Shown: positions 1 to 13,500 of the stretch, piece by piece | Layout: each line of letters opens with the position of its first letter | Numbering within the stretch: position 1 is the stretch's first letter | Assembly: GCF_001194135.2 (NCBI RefSeq) | Contig: NC_068985.1 | Span: forward strand, 21,125,256-21,189,255 | Length of the DNA stretch: 64,000 bases | Reading direction: 5' to 3' | DNA from: Octopus bimaculoides | Lineage: Eukaryota | Translations under genes and position numbers: made by a program | Notes under the pieces: model-generated | Told to the model about the DNA's origin: nothing | Database searches by the model: none | What the model saw: the letters and a program-made list of their open reading frames with translations, nothing else

Positions 1-73
<73 letters not shown>

Positions 74-1479
74 CATATATATATGAATATATACATATAT
101 GATTAATTTCCTGTAATTCATGTAACACTTGATTTTATTTGGAGTTAATGGGTGTTGTTGTATGGTGTCAGATGTACAATAATAACCTTGTTACCTTTGG
201 AATTTACTTTTACTAAATGCATTCACATAATACATCAGACAAGTGATTCTGGAATAATAACATCATCTTTAAGCATATTTAAGTGAAGGTGAACACAAAA
301 CACTGCAACAACACCAAAACTAGGTGTACTGTATGTTCTATGATCCCTCTCATTCAATCCATGCAGACATGAAAAGGAAATAGGAATTCCAAATTATTCA
401 GCACATGTGCTATTACTATTACCAGTCAAATTCTGGGATCAATATAATCAACTAACCCCCTCCCCTCAAATCTGCCGACCTTGTACTAAATTTAGAGAAA
501 ATTATGATTACTGTATCTATATTTAATAAAAACAATTTCCATATCATGTTTTTTACCCCCAGACTAATTTTTGATCAGATGAGATTCATCATCGAATACT
601 GTAATGTTTAGTTTATATAATTTTAAAATCATTTTATTAAATTTATTCTTTAATTGAAATGTCTTAGATTTGCTTTTGTGCTATTTCCACCTCCATCTTT
701 TATAGATATGTGTATATATACATATATTTCGAAACACCAGTGTTAGAATGGTGGCAGCTGATGAAGGAAATGTTCTCTATGTGGCCTGTGTGTTTTCTGT
801 ACTCTGTTTATCATTTTGTCTACGTTTTGTTTGCAACGTCCTGTACCCAGATATGCATCTATATATACAGGTAGATGTAGGTATGTACATGCATGTATGT
901 ATATATGCATATACTCATTTATTATTTGTATTATATATATATATATGTACATGTATATACACACACATACATATATGCATATAGATACACAAACAAATGA
1001 GGATACCCCTATGTGGTCATCTGACTTGTTACAAATAGGAGACAGCTTTTCCTCAATCATACATTGTCCTAAGAAAGGGACTACATACCCTAAAACCAAC
1101 AGGATATTCAAGACTGCAATATGTTTGATAATTGGCCTGCTAAATCAAGGCTGACCAAGGACCAAAACAGCAATAACAATACATGAACACGCATGTATAT
1201 CCACACAAGAACACTTATGGAAGCATTTCTATACTAGTAACCCATTTCTTATTGAGCAATCTGTCAAAGAATAACACATAAAAGTTTAGAAATAGAGGTT
1301 TCATGTCAAAAGGCCTGAATTTGAACATAATCAAAACTAAAGCAGCAAGTAAACAGGGATATGATATCACTAAAAACAACACTATTAAGTCATTAGGTAA
1401 GTTCTCTTTTCGAGCTACTTCTGCTGTTAAAGCCAGTGGTAAAACTTAGATAACCTTAGATATGTTTTGGCCAAAAATT

Positions 1480-1750
1480 GGGCAAAGTCATGTCTAACTT
1501 AATAACACCACCTGATAGAATTTGGCCCATTCAAGTAGGGAGTTGTTGACTAAGATGCGTCTGGGTATTGGTGGCTCATCTGGTATCCCTAGAAGAAATT
1601 TGTTCAGATATCATTTGAAGGTGATGGGATCTTTTCCTTTCAGTTGTTTTGGGATAATGTTAAATAGAGCAGGTAGCTTTGTATCTATGATTTTAGGTGA
1701 GAGGAATTCATTTAGATAGTTGCTATCTTATATAACAAAAGCTTTCCCTT
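1480..1750 (-). mobile_element. Degenerate LINE ORF2 C-terminal remnant (CR1/Jockey-group-like)
   Basis: Minus strand reads KLPALFNIIPKQLKGKDPITFK*YLNKFLLGIPDEPP, resembling the LFN.LP...FK..LDKFL..IPDEP tail of non-LTR ORF2 proteins. Confidence 0.5.
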
Positions 1751-2315
1751 GCTCTATGAAGGAAGGTGGATACTTTAAGATGTGCGTGAATAAGGATAGT
1801 GAATTTTCAGCATCTATAACATTTGGACAGAAGTGACTTGAATGTGATGATGACTAAAATTACAAGAAAGTTTGAGAACAATGGAAAGGGGAAAAAGTGA
1901 TTGAGCATCAAAGACATATGCAAATGTAAGTCATAGATGAAATAGGGGAACAAATATTTAAAATTATTTACTGATGTATGCTGGGAGAAAAAGGACCATA
2001 ATTTCATATTCAAGGTGTTCATCGCAGAAGTGACTATAAGGAAGAAGGAAGACATGAGAATATAGAATCTCACAATTCACATGATGCTTGACTGGGATGC
2101 CTAGAGAAACAGTTGTATGGAAGAAATGGACATTGGGTTATGATGAAGATGATGATGATAATGATATCATGACTGTATATGCATGTACATATATATATAT
2201 TTATATATTCATACATATATACACATACATATATAACATTATTAGCATGTGAAACATACATATATAACATTATTAGTATGTGAAACAAGGTGGAAAAAAG
2301 AGCACTCAAATACCA

Positions 2316-2505
2316 GAGGTAGAGTAATATGCTTTATTTAAAAGCAGCAGAAATATAACAAAAGCTGTTACTCAGAGTTTCACATTCCTGTTTGTTGGAC
2401 AGTTTTGTTGAAAAAAAACTGTCTGACAAATGGGAACTTGAAACTCTGAGTAACAGCTTTTGCTATATTTCTGCTGCTTTTAAATAAAACATATTACTCT
2501 ACCTC
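2316..2505. repeat. Palindromic element with ~90-bp inverted arms, each with a decayed hammerhead-like motif
   Basis: Left arm gaggtagagtaatatg...gctgttactcagagtttcac...ggacagtttt; right arm aaaactgtctgacaa...gaaactctgagtaacagc...catattactctacctc; short spacer. Confidence 0.85.
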
Positions 2506-3702
2506 TTTTCATGCTAATATGGGTAGGATGGGTCTCACATCATCTTCCACTTATTGCTGTCCTTTCCCCTCTGATACACACAACAAAGACAACCAGCCAC
2601 CTTTGTTGTTATGTATGTCTTTATCTGTAACAGGACTAAAAAGATCCTCTTCACAATTGGTTCTTATTCAAAACAAATGCTCCCATACCTGGGTTACACC
2701 TCTCTCTACAACTTACACATCACCTCCTTGTCCACCCCTTTTTTTTTCCTGCTATTTACAACTGGATTGCCATCCTATAACTAACCACTCTACAGCATGA
2801 ACTAGGTGGATCTTATCATGTCCCCAGCACTAGAGACATTGTCTGATACAGAACTAGAATCCTCTCTGTCCTGTATCAGTTCTTATTCCTTTTTTCATAT
2901 ATTTATGTGTGTTTGTGTGTGTGCATGTCTGTGTAGAGTTTAGCAATGCTAAAACAATGAGGATATGAAGATGCACTTTTGAACAATTGCTTGCCACAGA
3001 CTTTGCACTGTGTGCTAGAACATGACCCTAAATATATTTCTATCTTCTGAGCAATCCAGTTTGAAAAGCTAAATGCGTATTATTGGTCCAGGCTGTGCTA
3101 CAGAAATGCATACTACTGTTAGAAAATAACATGGTATTTGCATTATATAGAGTACTTTAATATCAGAGTTGATCTATGTATGTGTATATACATTGAGGTG
3201 GGAGGCTTGTGATACACTGCCTGAAGGTAACTCTAAATCTTACCATATCAAATATTCTTTGCTAAACAAACTCTTGAAGAAGAACGTAATCTCTCATTGA
3301 AGAAATATAGACCACTGATCACTGTAACTAGATATCCTCATAGAAACGACACATTCTATAGGACAGCTAGAAGCAACTTGTTATAACTTTCTTATCTCTG
3401 CTTCTATTGTTCAAGTGGAAAGCCTTTTGTATACAGATACTATCTTGCACAAATTTCAACATTAGTACAATAATATTCTAATTATATAAGCTTCCTTACC
3501 TTTTCACCACTGCTTATTGTTTTTAATGATTTTGTTATGAACATCAACACCTTTCAGATGTCTTTTTATATGTATATGTGCTGTTATTAATATAAAATAT
3601 TTATTATTGAAAAATGGACTTATGTTGTTTTTCTTTTAGTAATTTTATTTCTGCCGAATTGTCCTCTTTTATTACAATAAAAGAGAACAAGCTAAGAAGA
3701 AT

Positions 3703-4836
3703 TATTAGGTGCTTTCCAGAAGTTTTGAGACTTTTTTTAGGAGAGGCAGTTATAACCATCCTCGTTTATTGCAGTTTTAGTGTATCTTTATTATACATCT
3801 AATAAGCTGACCTGCCAACTTTTTCTTATTCCAGACTGAAGGATACAGTTGTAACAGCACTTTGAACATACACAACTGAACACTGCTTGTCACAGCTGAT
3901 TAGTTTGCAGAATGCAATCATGACATGAAGACGATTTGGAAGCTTGCTATGCAATAAAATTTTTTGTGTTAAACTGGGCAAAAACACTACAGATATTTGT
4001 GAAATGTTCCAGACTGCTTATGGAGTAATTTGTATGAGCAGAGCATCTATTTTTTGCTGGTGCAAGAGGCCAGGAAAAGCAAGGCTTCCAGGAAGCTCAT
4101 GATGATCTTTTTTTCAACAACCGCTGGACTGGCTCCTGTGCAGGTGGCACGTAAAATACACCATTTCGAGCGTGGCCATTGCCAGTACCTCCTGACTGGC
4201 CTTTGTGCCGGTGGCACGTAAAAGCACCCACTACACTCTCGGAGTGGTTGGCGTTAGGAAGGGCATCCAGCTGTAGAAACTCTGCCAAATCAGATTGGAG
4301 CCTGGTGTAGCCATCTGGTTCATCAGTCCTCAGTCAAATCTTCCAACCTATGCTAGCATGGAAAGCGGACGTTAAACGATGATGATGATGATGATGAAGG
4401 GCATCCACTGTGTTCCTTCTGGGCAGTTGGTCAACAAAAGAGTAATTTGTGGAAGTTTTGAGGGAGTTCAGGAAGAGATTTTGTTGCAAAAGTCCAGGGC
4501 ATCTGCATCAAGACAATGCATTAATCCACAGTTCCATCCTGGTAAACAAATATTTCACAGAAATGGGCATCAAATCTCTCCCTCACTCTCCCTGTTCTCT
4601 ATGACTTTTGGTTGCTCCCAAAGCTGAAGGAGAAGATGAAAGAAGCTGTAACAAGGGTCCTGTACACTTTCACTCTGGAGGACTTCCATGGGGCCTTCAT
4701 GAAGTGACTGGAGCACTACAATGAATGCATTGAAGTCAGAGGATTCTACTTTGAAGGAGACTAGGATCTTATATTTCTTTGAAAGTAATAAATGTCTCTC
4801 CTGAAAAAAGTCTCAAAACTTCTGGAATACAATGTA
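3703..4836 (+). mobile_element. Defective mariner (DD34D-type) transposon interrupted by a retroelement tail
   Basis: TIR core ttccagaagttttgagactttt at both ends. Decayed N-terminal frame ..YAIKF(F)VKLGKNTTDICEMFQTAYG and C-terminal frames HQDNA..HSSILVNKYFTEMGIK..YDFWLLPKLK..FHGAFMK*LEHYNECIEVRGFYFEGD*. Confidence 0.85.
4115..4397 (+). mobile_element. RTE-LINE 3-prime-UTR-type repeat inserted in the mariner
   Basis: ggtggcacgtaaaagcacc motifs, ggcgttaggaagggcatccagctgtagaaac block and (GAT)n tail; same sequence as the RTE 3-prime end at 44.1-45.0 kb. Confidence 0.8.
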
Positions 4837-5304
4837 GACTGGATAACACCTGTAAATATATTAAAGGCAGTAAAAATCATGATCAATACATTTTTATCAT
4901 TTAGCCATTTGGTAAAGATCTAAGTACTACAAATGGAAATCTGCAACAGCCCTGTTTCTAATTCATCAAATGATCAAATGTTAGGATAGAGATAACTTAT
5001 AATCTAACTGATAATATTGTAGAAGAAATAAAACCTTTTATCAAAGGTTAAATGCTACCTTTTTGTTTTGAAGCATAGAAAATTTCCTGGCTTGAAAATG
5101 AAATGCTAACAGTTTGATTATTAGATTTTTTTTTTTTTATCAAAATTTGAATCATATGACCTGTTCTGCAAGTAAATTTTTCAATTACCTCATTGAAGAT
5201 TACTTATTTCTGATGTAATGACTTCCATAGCTTTATGAGCTACGTGAGTTTTCTTAAGTATGTGTTTACAAACTCATTTTATTAATACATACATCAGCTG
5301 AAGA

Positions 5305-5526
5305 GTCTTGTCTTGTGAGTTACTTGGTGACTTCACTAATGCTGGTGCCATAAAAAAAAAGCAACCAGTACACTCTGTGAAGTGGGTTAGCATTAGGAAG
5401 GGCATCTAGCCATTTGAATTATGCCAAAGAAGACATTGAAGCTTGACATAGTCCTCTATCAAACCATCTGACCCATGCTAACATGGAAGACAGGCATATG
5501 ATGATGATGATGATGATGACGACGAC
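5305..5526 (+). mobile_element. RTE-tail-related retroposon fragment
   Basis: ttaggaagggcatctagcc...ccatgctaacatggaagacagg followed by (GAT)n. Confidence 0.65.
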
Positions 5527-6371
5527 TTATGACATGTTTATACACACTGATGTATATGGGTATGATGAGTGAAGCAAAACTATCCTGTTGTAACATATGC
5601 TTTTGAAATCATTTGCAACTTCAGGATAGCACACTCTATCAAAAGAAATCATTATTATTCTATTTCAAGATAAAAAGAAATATTTTTGAATTGATTGATT
5701 TTGTACATGCTAATCAATAGCTTGGTGACATCTGGATTTTCTGTTTTATGGTGAGGTTACTTGTAACAGAGGTTTGTCCTTCAATATTTAGCTTATATGA
5801 TAGCGCTTACCCATAACAACTTCACTTCTAGTCAACACCAGTTTTTGTGACAAAAAATGTAACATAGACTGAAGGCTTTCAGTATAGTGTGGAACTGTAT
5901 TTTGTCCAAGGATGGAGTATGGAGTCATAAACAGTCATCCACCCTTGAATTTAAAAGACACTTATTTATGTCCTCTGAGACTGACCATGTTAAATAAATC
6001 CCTATTCAATAGGAAAACAAATGAAGGGACAAATCCCATAACAACTATTGATAAGGTTGCAAGACACAATGAAATTTTTTTTAAAAAAAGTAAGTAAATG
6101 ACTGGTAATTTTACCAGTGACTGTGTTACTGCTAAGGCACTAAAAGAGAATGACACAACAGAATAATTATATGTTCTTATAAAATAGTCTTCATCATCTT
6201 TATCTTTCATAGAATCTGTATAAGTTGATTTGTACACATCTAGTGAATGACATCATTTATATTTGGCTTGTCTCACAATTTCACAATAATGTTTGCTGAT
6301 GACACAACTAATAAAATACATAGTAAAATGTAATGAAAAAAAAAAGAAGTGTTGTAGAAAACTTTCTTATG

Positions 6372-6581
6372 TTTACTCTTTTATTTGTTTCAGTCATTTT
6401 GACTGCGGCCATGCTGGAGCACCGCTTTTAGTCGAGCAAATCGACCCCAGGACTTATTCTTTGCAAGCCTAGTACTTATTCTATCGGTCTCTTTTGCCAA
6501 ACTGCTAAGTTACGGGCACGTAAACACACCAGCATCAGTTGTCAAGCGATGTTGGGGGGACAAACACAGACACACAAATGC

Positions 6582-6633
<52 letters not shown>

Positions 6634-6700
6634 GATGGGCTTCTTTCAGTTTCCGTCTACCAAACCCACTCACAAGGCTTTGGTCAGCCCGAGGCTTAAT
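6372..6700 (-). mobile_element. tRNA-derived SINE family A (internal TA/CA microsatellite), 5-prime truncated
   Basis: Reverse complement of the full copy at 23271-23700. Confidence 0.85.
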
Positions 6701-7507
6701 TTTATGAACACATTACTTCTTGTTATTGACAGCCCTTTCCGCACCACACAATTTCACATAATTCTCATCTCAAAAGTAAGATGAGAACTTTTGTATTATC
6801 ATGAGTTTCCCATTTTCTTGAGCATAAAAACTGTCAGCCCTAAAATTGAACAGATAGTGAACCAAGGACAACCCTTACTATCATGTCCTATTTGACATTT
6901 ATTGCTTGAGAGAGAGATACAGTAGAAGAGAATTGTAAAGTAGTACAGTGTAACACTGTTGTATAGGATGTAGTGCTTGTAGATATTCCAATATATTCTC
7001 ATTTCATTCACATGTTTATGTAATACTGAAACTTATTCCAATATTTCTATATTTACTGTTTAACTCATTCCTCTCACAAAAGCTTAGATCGAATTTCCAA
7101 TTAATTCAGTAATTCATTATTGGCTGTTCTCTCTCTCCCTCCCGCTTTCTCTAATCTGCTACAAGAGAGAGAAGACAATAGCAGAGAGTCCTTTAATGCA
7201 CGACTTTTCAATAGATACATTGACAGGCTATCTACTCTACTAATTTCACTCCAAACAGCAACAAATACCTAATTTAAATACAGCAATACCTTGCTTGGCA
7301 ATCTCTCATTTGCCAATAACCTGCTTTAATTATATTTTTCTTAAAATTATAAAGCCAGAACCTTAATAGTTAATTATGTAAAATAAATGCTAAACATTAA
7401 TAGTGATTGCTTTAATGGTTTAATTACAGCAAATTGCTTGAATAATGTGTGCATGAGAGTTTGTTCATTCCTTCAGTCAATCACTTTGGATAATTATATT
7501 GTGCATG

Positions 7508-7705
7508 AAGGTGGCAAACTGGCAGAATTGTTAACAGTATACCGGACAAAATGCTTAGCAGCATTTCATGCATCTTTATATTCCAAGCTCAAATTCCATC
7601 AAATTCAACTCTGCTTTTCATCCTTGAAGGAAAGGGGTGATAAAATAATAGTTAAGTAATAGGGCTAATGTCATTGGCTAGACCCCTCCAACAGAGTTTC
7701 AGGCC
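7508..7705 (+). mobile_element. SINE family E, degraded
   Basis: aggtggcaaactggcagaattgttaac...caaattccatc, homologous to 24022-24270. Confidence 0.65.
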
Positions 7706-7944
7706 TTGTGCTTATAGTATAAAGGATATCTATATTGTAAATGTATATTGTTTCCATATTCTCTCTACAACTCTTGAAAGTTTTGGATTAATCCATTATG
7801 AATTAATTGAAACTGTTGGAAAGCTGAAGATGGTTGGTCAATGAAAACTACTGCTTATTACTTTATTCACAAAGAGCTTGACAAAACCTTTTCACATATA
7901 TGAAAAGAAATTGAGATTTTATCATCAAGATTCATGGCAGTCTG

Positions 7945-8312
7945 TCAGTTATGACGACGAGGGTTCCAGTTGATCTGATCAACGGAACAGCCTGCTCATG
8001 AAATTAATGTGCAAGTGGCTGAGCACACTACAGACATGTGTACCCTTAATATAGTTCTTGGGGATATTCAGCATGACACAGAGTGTGACAAGGCTGGCCC
8101 TTTGAAATGCAGGTACAACAGAAACAGGAAGAAAGAGTGAGAGAAAGTTGTGGTGAAAGAGTACAGCAGGGTTTGCCACCACCCCCTGCTGGAGCCTTGT
8201 GGAGCTTTTGGTGTTTGCGCTCAATAAAAACTCACAATACCCGGTCTGGGAATTGAAACCACGATCCTACAACCGCGAGTCCACTGCCCTAACCACTGGG
8301 CCATTGCACCTC
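7945..8312 (-). mobile_element. tRNA-derived SINE family C
   Basis: Reverse complement of 37069-37397; head ggaggtgcaatggcccagtggttagggcag. Confidence 0.85.
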
Positions 8313-8559
8313 CACTTCTCAAGATTACGATATCAAGCAAAGAAGAAAATTTGCTGCAGGTTGAAATACATTTCATCTGCTATTGTAAAATTTTTAAAGA
8401 AATCTATAATAGAAACACGGAACTCATGAGACTCTAATGCATAAAAGAATCCTTCTTCTTGAATTAAACTAAATGCAAGCAGCAAAGCTACATCAAGTGA
8501 TAAATACAGAAAAAGCAATAAAATCTTTGAGTGATGTATAAAAATCTAGAGATATTTGA

Positions 8560-8765
8560 TAAGCATTTAAAGCAGCCATATCAGGCCCAAATATTCTGTT
8601 TTATGTGCAAACCAGCCAGATACAGCATCTCAAACCTATCCTATAAAGTCATTGGAAAGATAAACAATCACCTCATCAAAATCTTGAAGCTATGAGATAA
8701 TGCATGATTAATTCAAAGTAATATGAATAAATAAGCATTACATTCAACAGAGTTATCTGAATGGT
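8560..8765. mobile_element. Degraded second copy of the piggyBac-like MITE
   Basis: Shares gagataatgcatgattaa...gaataaataagcattacatt with 10292-10512. Confidence 0.6.
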
Positions 8766-10291
8766 TATGCATAAATTATTTTATTATTCCTTATTTAACA
8801 TTTAAAAAAATTTCTTGTGTCAGATTACATCAGAAGAAACTGCAACAAGTGGTTTTACATTATTTACATGTGATTTAGTCTCTTGTTTAATGATTGATCG
8901 TTTAGAAATGAATTGAATCATTTAGCTGAGGTATTCTTGTAGTGCGTTTCAATTAAGCAGCTAACAATCTGTGACCTTTTTGCTGAAACCACTACTCTTA
9001 TTGACATATCACAATACATAATTGGTATGGAGGACATTAAGTGATTTAAATTTACAGATATCAAGTTTGTTGGGTTGAATGAAAAAAATATGGATAATTC
9101 AAGTGAAAATTGATTTCTGGTTGAAATGGGGGGTCAAAGTAAATATTACAATGGTGGTGATAATTACAGTGGAACCAGCAGGAAGAGGTTTGAATGGAGA
9201 TACAAAGGAAGATAAGAATATGATCACTTTCTTCTGATGCCATTTAGGTTATAGGAATTGTCTTTATTGATTTCAATTTTATCCCAATAAGTACTGTTTG
9301 TTTGCTTGAAAAAGCATCAAGACTTCAAGCTTAATTAATAAATATATCCAACAGTTGGTGAAAATTATGATGTATTAGTGTTAATTCATTGAATTAGCCA
9401 TGTGATAGTACAAACATTAGGGACACTAAGGAAAATCACTATTCAATCAGGCAACTATGGGTGTGACATGGGAAAATTTTCTTAAGTATTTCTTCTGTAC
9501 AAAGAACAAATAGTTAAGTGTAGTGGACTAAGAAAAAATTTTAATCCATTAAAATTACATATGTAATGGAAAGAAAAAGCATATGCAGTAACGGTAACTC
9601 TAATCAAAAAGGGCAAGAAACACAACTCTGAAATGCAGATTAATTAAAAATTGAGTGAAGGAATGTAGTGAAGCATGAGCCAGGGTGAGAAGAATATAAA
9701 CTACTATAACTATATATGGATATCAAAATATTATCCAAACACTCACCACAAATGTTTTTTGTTTCTTTTTCTTCTTCTTCAGCCAACAATGGTCAACCAT
9801 TGGTTAGGCATTACAATGTTGAGAACCTTCAGACAATGATGGTATAATACCTAAAAAAGCAAGGAGAAAACAAACCATGAAGGAGATTAGGATCCAAAGA
9901 CATGTGATCGATCTTAGCAAATAACTAAAATTATATGAACCTCATGTTTTAGCCTCTCTAGACAATAATCAACAAGTCCATTCTCTCAATGATGAACCTC
10001 AAAAGCATTGATGGAAATTCAAAATTAAATGTACGTTTCCATTACAACAGAGCTACTTTTGTTGGTTGTTTCTTCCTTGTCACCAATATAACTACATTGT
10101 CTTTGAGAATAAATGTTCCCACTTTTAAATAAATTATATGGATTCAGATAATAATAGAATTTACAATTATGAAGCAACAGTTATTGATGTTCTGTGACAA
10201 TGGTATTCATATTCCCTTACACAAACTACCAAGACAATAGTTGTGACAGCATTCCTAGTGGAAGTCATTGAGTTCTCATAACAAAGACTAA

Positions 10292-10512
10292 CCTTTTAGC
10301 ATTTAACCTGGCCCATATCCATCCCAAATATTCTACCTGTTTTAGGCTCAAACTGGCCAGATCTGGCTTCTCATACCAACCCTATGAAATCATTCTAAAA
10401 ATAAACTGTCACATCATTGAAATCTCAAAGCTATGAGATAATGCATGATTAAATCAAAACAATGTGAATAAATAAGCATTACATTTGACAGAATAATCTA
10501 ATTGCTAAAGAA
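10292..10512. mobile_element. piggyBac-like non-autonomous MITE
   Basis: Ends ccttttagcat / ttgctaaagaa flanked by ctaa and ttaa (decayed TTAA target, CCC-like termini). Confidence 0.55.
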
Positions 10513-13500
10513 TTAACAGATCTTAATTTTTATGCAACGACTTATTAAATTAAATTCAATTGATACTAATTGAAACAAATTATGAACATATTATGCATTG
10601 AGTTCAGAATAGGCAGCCAACTTAGTAACAATTCTTTTAATGATGACTTGTCTCTCTAGTCAACTAACTTCCTTTTCATTTCCATCCTTTAATGATGTAA
10701 TTGAAGAGTTATACAAAATCATGTTGTTGCTGTCTTAATTGTTAACTTCACCTTAAAATCCCTTAAATAACTTAAACTCCATCAAAAACTAATGGATTTT
10801 AATCTTGATTCTCATTAGAACTCTCCACATATGTCCCACTGAATCTGACACTTGATAATTATTCTATAACTTCTTATGATGTGCAGTGATACAGTGTATC
10901 TATTCTATAAGCTGGGATTCTCAGAGAAATTTGTGATATATTTCTTTTGAAGACTACATAAAGGAATAAATTTGATGATGATGATGTTGATGAAAATGAT
11001 AATGATGATGACGATCATGATGATGATGATCATAATGATGAACAAGAAATTTTTTACAAAACAATTTTAATTACATCAAAATAAAAAGCTTATCTGTTTC
11101 CTGAAATCTATTTCTATCTCCACCTGCAAGGATCTGATATCAGCCTTTGATCCCCAAAAACAACTACTTGTAAGGTTCCAACTACTTTAGCATTCCACAC
11201 CTGAATTGTTTCCTCTGTTCTTCTCTGCTCTTCTACCTGATAAATGTGGCTAGAAATTTTAATGCCTTAAGATTCTACTACATGTTTTTCATGTGGTACA
11301 AATATATAACGTCTTTCTGACAAATCAAATAGATAATATATAAAAATTGTATTAATGTTTCTTAGATATGTCAGATGATACTCATCTTTCAGATAATATC
11401 TGTCATCCTTGGTTGTTTATGGTTTATTTTGTATGCTGCCATTGAGTTTGTTAAGTTCTTGTCTCAGTATATACCTTCATACTTGACTGCACTAATCCTA
11501 ACGAGGCAACCACAGTTTACAATTCATTCAAAAAAACTTAGTAAATATATGTGCAGTAAAATCCACTGCACGTTTTATTATCATGAAAATTTTATGGCAA
11601 TATGCATGTATGTATCTCAAAAATACTTCACCTATCACTACAGAACTGCTTAATCAGAGATGACCTGGCACTACACAACAATAGCAGCAGCAGAAAGTAC
11701 CAAAAATTCATCTAAATCACATACTCCAAAACAATAACAAGAGGCAACACAAAATAAACAGACCACACAGGATAATGTAGTACTATGACACACCTGAGGC
11801 TAAACAACAAAAGACAAACAGTCTCATATACAGACAGCATCACAGTCACTTCCTACCATTCTCCAGATAAAACTCTCAGTCTACGTCAACTTCTTGTCTT
11901 GAAACAAAGACTATAAGCAGAACCTATCAAATTCACTATCTTCCTGATTACCAACAGTACCAGAGAATATCAAACATAATCACACATATTCAGCAACTTA
12001 AATGTACCAGAGCCTATAAGAGAATCATTACAAGGTATTTTTATCTGCAAAAAAAAAACACCATATCTCCCTCGAATCACATCTGACCTTCTTAAAAAGA
12101 AACACACTGAATAATATAGTCCAGAATACATTTTTGAAGGAAAGGATAGGATTGCTATGATTGGAATGCCTTTTCATCATAGCCCTACCAACTTGGGGCT
12201 GACTTAGGCACAACAACAATAATTATCACACTCAACAACTGAGCCTCTATGCAATTGCTCAATCACTAGAAGTATCATCCAAATTTATTTTAAGTCACAT
12301 CTTATCATCTTAGACATTCAACAATCAATAAAATTTTAGGTCTATAAAAAAAGATGATAATGTCAGAGTTAGAATACTCTTGATCATAGGCCAGCTCACT
12401 CGGGACTAACCTAGGGCTAAACAACAATAACAGAAGCATATGCAAGACAAAGTTCTGTATTGTTTGCAAAAAATCTAAGAGCTAAATTTAAAGGGTCTTC
12501 TGTTGTCTTATGGAAGATTTTTTTTACAGCCTAAAGCACTAAGAAATAGAAGCATTCACCACAGACATATGTTTTATCTGCAAGTAAATACATTACATAA
12601 AATTTTCATAAAAAGACTTCTAACACCTGAAGTGCTGAGAGTACATGTTCAATATCTTTGCCTAACAAAGTAGCCACAGCCACAAGGTCCAGTTCTTGCT
12701 GTGGTGTGATAGCTTGAGTGCCTCAGTGACTCTGAGACCTATGTTGGCATAGCTCCTCATAGAGCTTGCCATGCTGGACAAATCAAAGGACAGAGGCCAG
12801 ACTAACATGGACAATCTTTTCCCCAGAAGTAAAAATGGGTTTGTGTAGGATTGATACCCAGATACAAGAAAAGGCAAAGTTACAGAAGCAACAGTAACAG
12901 TTTAAAACCAACTAGATGTAGGAGAGGAAAAGACAGCTCAGAGTTAAGAATAGTGAAGGAAAGTTGACTATGGACTTTGCTCTATGAGAAATACAGAGCT
13001 TAAGTAGTAAGTAATACAGAAGCAAAAGGAAGAAGCTCTACGTGATCACTTGATCTATTAGAAAAATAGCAGCTAAATCTCCCTCAAATGACAACCTACT
13101 AAATTAAAAATGAGCACACTGAATAAAAGAGTCTTAAGTGAAATAAAGACAGAACAGTTATGACTGGAATACCTTTGACCATAGGTCTGCTCGTTAAAAC
13201 CTCAACTTAGAGTTAAACAGGACAACAGAAAACAAAATTAAGACAGCTTGAAAGCCACAGGAAATTAAACCAAAATAGGATTAAAGTCCAATGGCAAAGA
13301 GTCAACCAGTATAAGCTAATCGGTTGCTTAGTATTATTAGCTTAATTTCTATCAAAATTGACTGAAGTTGCATGGATGTGAAATAGAAATGAATGACATT
13401 AAGAAGAAATGTCTTCACTTTGTAGTTGAAAATGCCATTAATTACATCCTTTGTTCTTCAACAGCTCATATACGATGTTTGTGTAACATAGCATATTTTG

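Noticed and set aside
725-790. gaaac...gtt...ctgatga arrangement resembling a type II hammerhead
   Set aside because: Stem I does not form and stem II opens with an A-C mismatch
5962-6237. 91-aa hydrophobic minus-strand ORF
   Set aside because: No recognisable family and no compatible splice sites; typical of a chance T-rich frame
8333-8518. Protein-like minus-strand ORF (LIQEEGFFYALESHEF...)
   Set aside because: No family recognised, no donor, and its phase does not match the nearest upstream candidate exon
11100-11240. Minus-strand VWNAKVVGTLQVVVFG resembling an R4 endonuclease tail or an exon
   Set aside because: Too short and degenerate to support either call
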